DNA of 64,000 nucleotides from an uncultured delta proteobacterium (GTDB lineage: Bacteria > Myxococcota > Myxococcia > Myxococcales > Myxococcaceae), in the NCBI GenBank assembly GCA_963713045.1, contig CAVQKE010000003.1, positions 992,001 through 1,056,000 on the forward strand, read 5' to 3'. This document shows positions 30,240 to 38,543 of this stretch, piece after piece. How positions within the stretch are numbered: position 1 is the first letter of the stretch; each line of letters begins with the position of its first letter. The notes under the pieces were generated by a model, which searched no databases, was not told where the DNA came from, and was given only the letters and a program-made list of their open reading frames with translations. The translations under genes and the position numbers were made by a program.

Positions 30240-31286
30240 TCAAGCCCCCCGTTCAATCCGGATGGCCGCGCGGCCGCCGCCATCTGAAGACGACAGAAGG
30301 ACAGCCGTCCGCCCGGGTGCATAACCACGGGCGTACCCGCGAGTGACAAGTTGCGCGGCGAGGGCACCGCTCGCAGCACCGGTGTCTCCGAAGCTGATGG
30401 CCGGGTCCCATTCCGGCGCTGGCAGCAGCCCCGGCATCTTCGCGACCAGTCGGCGTTGGCAATAACCCCAGTCACTGGCTCGAATCGCCTCACCGTTGCG
30501 GTCCAGCACGAAGAAAGTCTCCCGTGGCGGCAGCGGACCAGTTGCCGCAGCCAACTGCAGCACCGCCTGTGCCAGGCCTTCGCCCACCGGGGGTGGGTCG
30601 TCGCCGCGTGGCTCGCGTGCGAGCGTCACGCCGCCGAGCAGGGCGAGGGGTGGGACGTTGCGACGACGGGCGCTGTTGGGCGTTTCGAGGAGGAGAAAGG
30701 CTGCCGCCTCGCCGGGCTGTAGACCCACCGGGTTGATGCCCGTCTTCAGCCGGTTGGCCGCAGCAAATGCGTCCAGTGCCAAATCGTCGCACAAACTGTC
30801 CACTCCCCCGACGACGCAGGCCGCGACTCGCCCCTGGGCCAACAGTTGCAGCGCTGCCTGAACGGCCATCGCAAACCCCGCATGGCCGGAAGGAAACGTC
30901 TGGCACAGTGGCGGCGAGGCACGCAGCCCGGTGAGGCCCAGCAATTTGGCGAGCAATCCGATGGAGCGTGGCGCTTGAACTGCGGCCACCTTGGCCCGCG
31001 CGGCAACATCCGGAAGTGCCAGGAAGAGACCCACCTCCTCATTCGGCATGGACGCAACCAGGCTCTTGACCGCCGGCAGCGCCAAGGACAGCAGCCGGGC
31101 CTCGCCCTGGAAACCAGCCACGGCTGGCACCGGATGACCGGTAATTGGCTTCGGCCCCTCCTCGTCATCGAAGGCCTGGCGGTCGAGCGGCGCCGGGCGA
31201 CTGAGCCTTGCCCGCACGGCGGCACAGGCGGTCACCGTGTCCCCCAGCGAGGTGTTGGCGGCCATGGCCGTCACGGCTGCATTCAC
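30240..31286 (-). CDS. thiolase / ketoacyl-synthase-like T6SS adaptor (non-catalytic)
   Basis: VVGGVDS, PGEAAAFLLL, D.NGE and FGDTGAASG motifs. No catalytic Cys is seen. Typical of DUF2169-PAAR clusters. Confidence 0.8.
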   Translation of the reverse strand: MNAAVTAMAANTSLGDTVTACAAVRARLSRPAPLDRQAFDDEEGPKPITGHPVPAVAGFQGEARLLSLALPAVKSLVASMPNEEVGLFLALPDVAARAKVAAVQAPRSIGLLAKLLGLTGLRASPPLCQTFPSGHAGFAMAVQAALQLLAQGRVAACVVGGVDSLCDDLALDAFAAANRLKTGINPVGLQPGEAAAFLLLETPNSARRRNVPPLALLGGVTLAREPRGDDPPPVGEGLAQAVLQLAAATGPLPPRETFFVLDRNGEAIRASDWGYCQRRLVAKMPGLLPAPEWDPAISFGDTGAASGALAAQLVTRGYARGYAPGRTAVLLSSSDGGGRAAIRIERGA

Positions 31287-31301
31287 GTCCAGCGGCTCCG
31301 C

Positions 31302-31808
31302 TCAGTTAATTTGCACCTTGCCGCCCCGAACCTTGTGGACCTCATCGGCCTGGGTCACCACATTGACCCCCCGCAACACCACCTTGCCGTCGCGACGCAG
31401 GGTGAGTGTGGCCTTGCCGCAGCGCAGGACGACCTCCTCTTTCCCTTCGATGAGGACGTGACGGCCATCCACCCGTGCCACCATCTCTTCCGGCGGGTTC
31501 GCCTCGGTCAGTATCGCCTCAAGCAGCGGCGTCGCCGAACGCAAGATTCCCACCAGCAGCGGCCGCGCCGGCTCGCCGTCCTCGAAAAGCAGGACCACCT
31601 TGGCCTGCTCCTTTGCCGCGCGCTCCAGCATCTCATCGTCGAGGGACGAGAGCACTTGAGCGACCCTCGGGCCGCCGACGTTACCCGGGTAGGTCACCAG
31701 GACTTGGCCGCGCACAAAGCCGGTGATTGAGCCCACCACCGGCCCGACGATGCGTTCGCCGGCGGATGCCAGAGGAGCGCGGCTGCGCCGAGGCGCTGGC
31801 GTGCTCAT
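31302..31808 (-). CDS. DUF6484-like protein
   Basis: VVLLFEDG..ARP..VG and DGRHVLIEGKEEVVLRCGKATLTLRRDGKVVLRG......KVRGGKVQIN, resembling a VgrG/gp5 tip fragment. Confidence 0.8.
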   Translation of the reverse strand: MSTPAPRRSRAPLASAGERIVGPVVGSITGFVRGQVLVTYPGNVGGPRVAQVLSSLDDEMLERAAKEQAKVVLLFEDGEPARPLLVGILRSATPLLEAILTEANPPEEMVARVDGRHVLIEGKEEVVLRCGKATLTLRRDGKVVLRGVNVVTQADEVHKVRGGKVQIN

Positions 31809-32272
31809 TCGACGTCGTCCCCGCAGCAGGCGCACTTCGGCTTGTCAGCGGATCCGCCCAGGGCAATGACCGGCGCCTGGAGCACCGGAAAGGGCGGCGT
31901 GTTCTTGGCGTTGTGCAGCATCAGGTCGAAGGAGCGGGGCACGTTCTTCCCCTCGAACTGGACATCGAATGAAAAGTTCACAAACTCGGCCTTCCCCTGA
32001 ATCATCCCGGAGGCGACGCCTCCTACGCTGCCCGCCTCGTCGCCAGTCGACGTCGAGAAGTTCGAGTCCTGGACGCAGATGGGGTTGCCTTCGGCCGTGA
32101 CCGTCTGCGTCCCCTGTGCCGTGTCGCTGGACTTGGCGATGTTTGGATAGGGAATGGGAATGGGGGGAGCCGGGGGCGCTGGCGTTTGGCACACGTCGGG
32201 AAAGGCGATGGTGATGCCGTTGGTGTCGGTGTTGACGATGGACAGCTTGTCGACTCCCACCGTGGTTGCCAT
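31805..32272 (-). CDS. PAAR-like DUF4150 spike-tip protein
   Basis: FPDVCQTP....PIPYPNIA, STGDEAG..GGV.SG and SFDVQFEGKNV.R..D motifs; short CACC tail and no fused toxin. Confidence 0.9.
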   Translation of the reverse strand: MATTVGVDKLSIVNTDTNGITIAFPDVCQTPAPPAPPIPIPYPNIAKSSDTAQGTQTVTAEGNPICVQDSNFSTSTGDEAGSVGGVASGMIQGKAEFVNFSFDVQFEGKNVPRSFDLMLHNAKNTPPFPVLQAPVIALGGSADKPKCACCGDDVE

Positions 32273-32287
32273 GTGTCCCACTCCCCG

Positions 32288-33337
32288 CTACGCCGCCGGC
32301 GTCGCACCCTTCATCGGCGCTTCCCTGCCGGCGACGACACGGATGGTGCGAACCGACGTCGGTTCTCGAACACTGACTTTCCCCCTCCAGAAGAGCAAGA
32401 GCCGGCTGGCGTCGGAGTCGACGATGACGGTGTCGAGATTCATCGCCACAGTGGCGTCCGGGCGTCCCCGGTGCTCGACCTGGACACTGGGTGGCCCGAC
32501 ACCCGGCAGCTTGAAGGAAACTCCGCCGGCAGCCGTGACGCCAGTCGCCAGCACCTGCTCGTCTCCTCGCAGGTAACCGGCGGCGACCAGCCCCGGCGCA
32601 GCGGCGTTGAAGAACCGCTGGTTGAAGTCCTTTGGCAGAAGTGGAGCGCGGTCCTGCTCCCACCGCTTGTCGTAGGTCCCGGCGTAGGTCCGCCGCGGTT
32701 CCCAGTCGTGTGAGGTGAAGCCAAAACCCGTTGGAGTCGGCCGATCCCCCCACCCCTTGAAGGGGTGGATCGGGTCCTCCAAGTTGGGGGCCCGCAACCC
32801 CTCCTCGAACTGCGTTGGGTTGGCCCGGAAGCCGGTGCCAACTGGGTTTCGCGCCTCGTAGGCATGTTTGGCGGAGTTGGGATTGGAGCGATCCCAGCCG
32901 CCGAAGGCGCGCTCCCACACCAGCGGGATGCGCTCGAAGGGGACTGGCTTGGTGAGCCCAACACCGCCCACTGTCTTGAAAAATGTACGGTCTCCAAGAA
33001 TGCGCGCCGCCTTCTTCAAGGGTCCGACTTGGAGCGTCACCAGCATCTCAGTGGTTCCCCCCCTGGGTGCCACCGCACTCCCCACCAGCACCACATCCGT
33101 CGCCGGCTTGGGCAGCGTTCCTTCGGCTTCGTAGCGGAAGCTGGACTTGCCGGGCTCCCCCCAGGGCTCGCCCTCCGGCTTCAGGGGAATCTGTTCCCTC
33201 GCCAGCGCCGTTCCCTTGGCCGTAACCTCATAGGTGGCCTTGACCAACGGGACCAACAGCGGGCGGCCTTCTTCATCCGCTAGGAAAAGCGGCTCGACCC
33301 AAAAGGGGGTAGCGTTCTCGATCGCCGGATGGCCCAT
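32288..33337 (-). CDS. DUF2169 family T6SS adaptor/chaperone
   Basis: VKATY, KPATDVVLVGSA, IPLVWERAFGG, NPVGTGF, W.PR...AGTYD..W and FFNAA motifs. Confidence 0.92.
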   Translation of the reverse strand: MGHPAIENATPFWVEPLFLADEEGRPLLVPLVKATYEVTAKGTALAREQIPLKPEGEPWGEPGKSSFRYEAEGTLPKPATDVVLVGSAVAPRGGTTEMLVTLQVGPLKKAARILGDRTFFKTVGGVGLTKPVPFERIPLVWERAFGGWDRSNPNSAKHAYEARNPVGTGFRANPTQFEEGLRAPNLEDPIHPFKGWGDRPTPTGFGFTSHDWEPRRTYAGTYDKRWEQDRAPLLPKDFNQRFFNAAAPGLVAAGYLRGDEQVLATGVTAAGGVSFKLPGVGPPSVQVEHRGRPDATVAMNLDTVIVDSDASRLLLFWRGKVSVREPTSVRTIRVVAGREAPMKGATPAA

Positions 33338-33346
33338 GCCCTGACT

Positions 33347-33355
33347 AGTCTAGCA
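33347..33355 (-). promoter_or_regulatory. possible extended -10 promoter (TGcTAGACT) for the DUF2169 effector operon, near-leaderless
   Basis: Minus strand reads TGCTAGACT-AGTCAGGGC-ATG within the 68-bp divergent gap. No SD precedes the ATG. Confidence 0.35.
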
Positions 33356-33405
33356 CTTGACCGCAGTGGTCTTCGTTAGTTGGCCGTCGCCGGGAATCGT
33401 GCCGC

Positions 33406-36400
33406 ATGGACAGCCATCTCCCCCCCGTCCTTGAGCTCCGCGCCGGGCAAATCGCGGAGGGGGATTTGCATGTGCTTTCCGCACGCGGCCAGGAGGGCAT
33501 TTCTGAGCCCTACCGCTTCGAGGTCGACTTCGAACGCGCCGATGGTGCGCCAATCGAGCTCTCCCCTCTGCTCGCCGAGAGTGGGCTGCTGACTGTCCGT
33601 CGTCCGGACGGCACCGAGAAGCTCGTCAATGGCGTCGTGGAGGAAGCCGCGCTGGTCGGAGTGCAGGCAGGGCGACCGCGCTATCGCCTACGGCTCGTCC
33701 CCCGGCTGGCCTTGCTAGCGAACTCTCAGAACAGCCGCATTTTCCAAAGCCTGTCTGTGCCGGAAATCGCCAAAGCGGTGCTTGATGAGGAGAAGGTCGA
33801 CGTCAGCCTGTCCCTATCGGCGAGCTACGCCAAGCGCGAGTACTGCGTCCAGTACCAGGAATCGAACTTGGACTTCGTCTCCCGGCTGCTGGAGCAGGAG
33901 GGAATCTTCTACTTCTTCACCCATACGAGCGATGGCCACGTCATGAAGCTGGTCGACGCTCCCTCGGCCTTCCAGGACGTCGAGGGCGAGGCGCAGGTGC
34001 AATTCCGTGAGCCCACCCGCGCGGGGCAGGTGGTCGATGAAGAACACGTCTTCGCGTTCGCGCAGCGCGCAAGCGTGCGATCCGGCAAGGTCACCCTCGA
34101 GGACTACGACTTCGAGAAGCCGGCAGTGGACTTGCTGGCGACAGCCGCGGCTTCCGAGGATGAGCAGTTCGAGCGATACCGCTACGCGCTGGGAGCCGGT
34201 GACCCGGGGGTCCTCAAGCGGCTGGCGAAGACCCGGTTGGAGGAGGTGCGGGTGCCGGTCAAGCTGTTCGATGGGCAGGCCAACTGCGTCCGGCTCGCGC
34301 CCGGCCTTTCCTTCGAGCTGAGCGACCATCCAGAATCGGATTTCAACGGGCAGCTGCAACTTCTACGGGTGGAGCATGAGGCTGAGGCGGGGATAACGAC
34401 GGCACTCCGCTACCGATGCCGCTTCGTGGCCCAGCCACGGGGAACGGCCTTTCGGCCTCGGCGACAGCGGCCCGCACCCGGCAGCCCAGGAACTCAGACG
34501 GCGACAGTGGTCGGCCCCGCGGGAGAAGAGATTTACGTCGACGCCGACGGGCGCATCAAAGTGCAGTTCCACTGGGACCGCACCGGAAAGAAGGACGAGC
34601 GGTCGAGTTGCTTTGTCCGGGTGGCGCAGTCCTGGGCGGGTCCGGCCTGGGGCGAGTTGTTCATTCCACGACTGGGACAGGAGGTACTGGTCCGCTTCTT
34701 GGACGGCAATCCCGACCAACCGGTGGTGGTGGGCGCCGTCTACAACGGCGCGAATCTCCCCCCCGTTTCTCTTCCTGGAAGTCGCACGCAAAGCCTCGTG
34801 CGCAGCGACAGCTCACCTGGAGGCCGCGGCTCCAATGAACTTCGGTTCGAGGATGCCAAGGGGGCAGAGGACGTTTTCTTCCACGCCCAGAAGGACGAGA
34901 ACATCGTCGTCGAGGTCGATAAGCGCCAAGAGCTGTATGGCCAGGAAATCCTCGATGTCGCGAAGGACCGAAGCCGCACCGTTGGGGAGAACCAAACGCT
35001 GGCCGTGGGTGGGAGCGACAGCTCGGCAATCTCCGGAGATCAGACCCTGACGGTGGCCGGCGCCCGCAGCAGCCATACCACTTTGGCGCATTCAGAACAG
35101 GTTGGAGGTTCGCAGTCGATCACGGTGGCGAACGAGTCCACCGTCCAGGTTGGCGCTGACAGCGCAGTGACTGTCGGAGCGGCGGCGGCCCTCACCGTCG
35201 GAGGCGCGTACCTGGTCACCGTCGGTGGAGTTCTCAATGTGGCGGTGGCCGGAGTGCGGCTGGAGCAAGTCGGTGGAGCCCGGGTCACTGTGGTAGGCGC
35301 GGCCTCGGAGCTGCAAGTGTCCAACGCTTCGTCGGCCACCGTCGGCGGAGAGGAACAGCTGGCCGTCGCCGGCCAGCTTCAGTCAGCCGTCGCAAAGGAC
35401 CAGGAGGACCAGGTCGGCGGCAAGGCCCAAGTGACCGCAGGGGACGCCGCGGCGGTGCTCGGCAAGAGCCTTCAGCTAGAGGCCCAAAGCAAGCTCAGCA
35501 TCAAGGTCGGTGGGAAAGTTCTCCTCGAGGCCCAGTCCTCGGGTCAGGTCGAGCTGAGCGGAGCCACCATCACCTTCGATGGCAGCCAAATCGTCACCAA
35601 GGCGTCCACAGCAAAAAAGACCACCGGCAGCTCAGCATCCTCCAGCGCCAGTCAGGCGGGATCGGATGACCAAGAGAAAAAAGCCAGCGCCACCGCGACC
35701 TGGGGCACGGGCCAGGCCGAGCCCGGGGCCGACGTGACATTGAATGTCCAGCTGACCAACGTTCCCGACGGAAAGAAGGGCCTCATCACGATTCACCACG
35801 CCGCTTCTGGAGCAATGGTTCCGGCGGGGAAACTCGAATGCGAGTCCAAGGGGGGAAAACTGGTCGACAAAAACGGCAAGGCACCGGCGTTTCAGTTCAC
35901 GACGAAGCAGCTTCCGTGGGACCCCTACGACCTTCCCTTCTTCTTCTTCAAGGCCAGCGTTCAACATCAGGCGCTCAGCTTGGAGACGCCGGCCGACACG
36001 GCCGACGGTGGAAAATCGCTACGCGTCAAATACTTCCATGTCTGCCTTGGAGATTCCTGGGCGGACGCCGGTGGGTTAACCACTGGAGCCGAGGCCAAGG
36101 AGATCGCCGGCATCCTTGGGGGTGTGCCGAACAGCAAGGCCGAAAGCCGGATGATGTCCATGCCCAGCCCGACGTTCGTCGCCTGGTCGAAGGACCTGGC
36201 CAACACCTACTGCTACCACCACGGAAGCCATGGAACCTGCCAGGACCGCGTCTCGCGCACCTTCATCAACGTCGAGCCGCCGCCGGATGGGCTGGGCAAT
36301 CCGCCGGACTGTCCGGTGGGCAACTGGCGGAGCGTTGTTCTCTTGTCGAAACAGGCGCCTGGTCAGTACGTCGTCCTCGGGGACGAGGAGCTGCGCAACG

Positions 36401-36789
36401 AGAAGTACTTCCCCAGTGTCCCGCGCTATTTGGCCTACCTCGACTGCTGTCTTGCCGGCTGGGAGCCCAGCTTGGGCCGAGCCTTCGTGGGACGCGGCAC
36501 GCAGTACGTGATTGCCTTCCGGCGCACGGTTCCCGACGGCGACGCCCGAGAGATGGCGCGCCAGTTCCACAAGAAATGGGCTCAGACTTACAAACTCGAC
36601 CCGGACAAGATTCGTGACGTGTTTTTCGACGTGGGTGCGCCATTTTACAAAACCATGCGCCCCGTCCTCATCAGTTGGCGAGTCGAGCCGCTCCTCTCCC
36701 CGGACGCTGGGGCTGTCGAGCGGGCGCTTCAGGCCGTCAGCTCGGCGGTCGAAGGAGTGATGAACTCCATTGGCTCACTGCTGAAATAG
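33406..36789 (+). CDS. vgrG: evolved VgrG (TssI) with C-terminal Ig-like domain and caspase/CHAT-like cysteine protease domain
   Basis: VgrG core ([60 protein letters not shown]) and gp5-like repeats, then a ~390-aa extension carrying YHHGSHG and YLDCCLAG motifs. Confidence 0.9.
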   Translation: MDSHLPPVLELRAGQIAEGDLHVLSARGQEGISEPYRFEVDFERADGAPIELSPLLAESGLLTVRRPDGTEKLVNGVVEEAALVGVQAGRPRYRLRLVPRLALLANSQNSRIFQSLSVPEIAKAVLDEEKVDVSLSLSASYAKREYCVQYQESNLDFVSRLLEQEGIFYFFTHTSDGHVMKLVDAPSAFQDVEGEAQVQFREPTRAGQVVDEEHVFAFAQRASVRSGKVTLEDYDFEKPAVDLLATAAASEDEQFERYRYALGAGDPGVLKRLAKTRLEEVRVPVKLFDGQANCVRLAPGLSFELSDHPESDFNGQLQLLRVEHEAEAGITTALRYRCRFVAQPRGTAFRPRRQRPAPGSPGTQTATVVGPAGEEIYVDADGRIKVQFHWDRTGKKDERSSCFVRVAQSWAGPAWGELFIPRLGQEVLVRFLDGNPDQPVVVGAVYNGANLPPVSLPGSRTQSLVRSDSSPGGRGSNELRFEDAKGAEDVFFHAQKDENIVVEVDKRQELYGQEILDVAKDRSRTVGENQTLAVGGSDSSAISGDQTLTVAGARSSHTTLAHSEQVGGSQSITVANESTVQVGADSAVTVGAAAALTVGGAYLVTVGGVLNVAVAGVRLEQVGGARVTVVGAASELQVSNASSATVGGEEQLAVAGQLQSAVAKDQEDQVGGKAQVTAGDAAAVLGKSLQLEAQSKLSIKVGGKVLLEAQSSGQVELSGATITFDGSQIVTKASTAKKTTGSSASSSASQAGSDDQEKKASATATWGTGQAEPGADVTLNVQLTNVPDGKKGLITIHHAASGAMVPAGKLECESKGGKLVDKNGKAPAFQFTTKQLPWDPYDLPFFFFKASVQHQALSLETPADTADGGKSLRVKYFHVCLGDSWADAGGLTTGAEAKEIAGILGGVPNSKAESRMMSMPSPTFVAWSKDLANTYCYHHGSHGTCQDRVSRTFINVEPPPDGLGNPPDCPVGNWRSVVLLSKQAPGQYVVLGDEELRNEKYFPSVPRYLAYLDCCLAGWEPSLGRAFVGRGTQYVIAFRRTVPDGDAREMARQFHKKWAQTYKLDPDKIRDVFFDVGAPFYKTMRPVLISWRVEPLLSPDAGAVERALQAVSSAVEGVMNSIGSLLK

Positions 36790-36803
36790 GTTCGAGGATT
36801 CGC

Positions 36804-37283
36804 ATGGCTCAACCGCCCCCGCCCATCGACCGTGCCGAACTGCAGCAACGCGCCCTAAAGGTGGCCCAGCAGCACGTCGATGCCAATTTGGAAGGCGTCT
36901 ACCGGCTGGAAGCCCTGACCCCCACCTTGGAGTGGAGCCCGATTGAGCTGCGCCAGGTGTTTGAGTTGCCACTGGTGGTGTGGCGTGCCTACGGGACTTT
37001 CGAGGTGCTGCTGGACGACGGAGGGCACCCGGTTGGCTTCATCGACTTTGACAAGTGGCTGAGCTGCGCTTGGCGAGAGTTGGAGCCGGACAAAGCCGAG
37101 AGTTTGGCTCGCTCCACGGCGCTGGTCACGCCGGACTGGACCCTGGGCGAGCAGAAGCGTGGCGAGAAGGAGTGCCTCGAGTTGCTCTTCGTCGACGGCC
37201 GAGGAATCCCGAAGGTTCGAGTGCAACTGAACCCCGCGCGTCAGGCGGTCATTTCAGTCCTCCCCGTGGAGGTGCCGGGATGA
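36804..37283 (+). CDS. hypothetical protein with PepSY-like units; candidate immunity
   Basis: ATG 36804 has a GAGGA SD. LEPDKAESLARS...VRVQLNPARQAVISV resembles the PepSY helix plus terminal beta-hairpin. No signal peptide. Confidence 0.6.
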   Translation: MAQPPPPIDRAELQQRALKVAQQHVDANLEGVYRLEALTPTLEWSPIELRQVFELPLVVWRAYGTFEVLLDDGGHPVGFIDFDKWLSCAWRELEPDKAESLARSTALVTPDWTLGEQKRGEKECLELLFVDGRGIPKVRVQLNPARQAVISVLPVEVPG

Positions 37284-37525
37284 CCGCGGAGCAGGCCAGC
37301 CTTCGGGCGGAGCAGGCACGCACTGGCTACCAGCTGCCCGAGAGCTGGAAACGCCTGGCGTGCGAGCGTCGCTACATTGAGGTTCCCGACGGGCCGCCCG
37401 AGCAGCCGTCTCCCACACGGGATCTGCTAGTGTGGGTGGTCCGGTTTGGCGACTATTTGGGGTGGGCGGAACTGGCGGTGGACGATGGCACCGGCCGCGT
37501 GGTGCGAATGGAGCGTTCGAGGTGA
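37280..37525 (+). CDS. 81-aa PepSY-like protein; candidate immunity
   Basis: ATGA overlap and GGAGG SD. MTAEQA...A...LVWVVRF....AELAVDDGTGRVV matches the PepSY pattern (.s.eeA...A ... W.V ... v.vDa.TG.v). Confidence 0.65.
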   Translation: MTAEQASLRAEQARTGYQLPESWKRLACERRYIEVPDGPPEQPSPTRDLLVWVVRFGDYLGWAELAVDDGTGRVVRMERSR

Positions 37526-37989
37526 CCGGGAGCGCTGTGGTCTGTGCGGCACTCATCGCCCTCGGCACTGCCGGCGACAGCCCCGCTCCGGCCCGGCCCT
37601 CGCAGGAAAGGAAGCCGCCTGTGGACAGGCTTAGCGACGAAGTGCTGCAGCGTGTTTGTGGCGACCCAACCCAATCCATTGGACTGGTGAAAGTGGACAA
37701 GGTGCAACTGCGCGCGAAAGGCAGCCGCAGCGAGCACGTCGTCGCCAAGCTGTCTGTCGAACAAACCATCTGCGGCGCGCTGCCAGCTGCGGTGGAGGCT
37801 TGGTGCTTCACCAGCAACGGGCAGAGCCTCCTCGCCGAAGGCCGCCGCTACGTGCTCGCGCTCGCCGCGGGGGCAGGGTATGCCCCTTTCGGTTTCGGGG
37901 AGTTTGTCGAAGTCCCTCCCGGCCGCGAACGGGAGAGCACCGAGCTTCACCAGCGCGCGGTGAAGGCGTTGACAGCACCTCAGCACTGA
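37522..37989 (+). CDS. exported protein with a possible TIMP/NTR-like OB fold; candidate immunity or accessory
   Basis: GTGA overlap and hydrophobic N-terminus. IGLVKVDKV...VAKLSVEQTICG...LAEGRRYVLAL resembles the bacterial TIMP-like pattern (G.V..v ... f.Ve..kG ... G..Ylvf). Confidence 0.55.
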   Translation: MTGSAVVCAALIALGTAGDSPAPARPSQERKPPVDRLSDEVLQRVCGDPTQSIGLVKVDKVQLRAKGSRSEHVVAKLSVEQTICGALPAAVEAWCFTSNGQSLLAEGRRYVLALAAGAGYAPFGFGEFVEVPPGRERESTELHQRAVKALTAPQH

Positions 37990-38002
37990 GCGGGGACGAC
38001 GG

Positions 38003-38533
38003 ATGCCCAATGAGCCAGTTGACCCCGCTGTGCCCCGAGCGTCGGACTTCGTGTTTGGGGTCCTCCGGAACGACCTGGAGCGACAGCAGACTCCCGAAGC
38101 AGCGCTCTATCTCCGGCATTTAATCCAGCCGAAGGTGGAATCGGTGAAGGCAGAAGGACGCTTCCGTCGGGTGCGTTTCGAGATGCGCCACCGCGTTTCC
38201 GATTACTCGGTGCAGTTGAACGCGCTGACCGGTGAGCCGATGGGCTGGTATTTCTCGGCGCTGGCAGCAGATCCCGCCGACACCATCGAAGCGCAGCGGG
38301 CCCTGGAAATTGCATCCCAGGTGGCGGCGCCTCCTGCCGGGGCCACCCTCGAGCAAGCCGCCTACGAGCAACAAGCCGAGCAACCGGTGTTTGTGGCGCG
38401 TTGGGCACACCTCGAGGGGGGAGTTGTTGTCGAGCGGGATTACATCCAGGTGCTGGTCAATGGCGCCAGCGGCCGGGCCTTCGCCCTGCGACGGCGTTGG
38501 CATGCGTTGAACACCGCGCCCGCCTGGCGCTGA
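38003..38533 (+). CDS. hypothetical protein with two PepSY/YcdB-like units; candidate immunity
   Basis: [16 protein letters not shown] and [10 protein letters not shown]...FVARW.H...[18 protein letters not shown]. No signal peptide. Confidence 0.65.
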   Translation: MPNEPVDPAVPRASDFVFGVLRNDLERQQTPEAALYLRHLIQPKVESVKAEGRFRRVRFEMRHRVSDYSVQLNALTGEPMGWYFSALAADPADTIEAQRALEIASQVAAPPAGATLEQAAYEQQAEQPVFVARWAHLEGGVVVERDYIQVLVNGASGRAFALRRRWHALNTAPAWR

Positions 38534-38543
38534 GGAGACAAGC

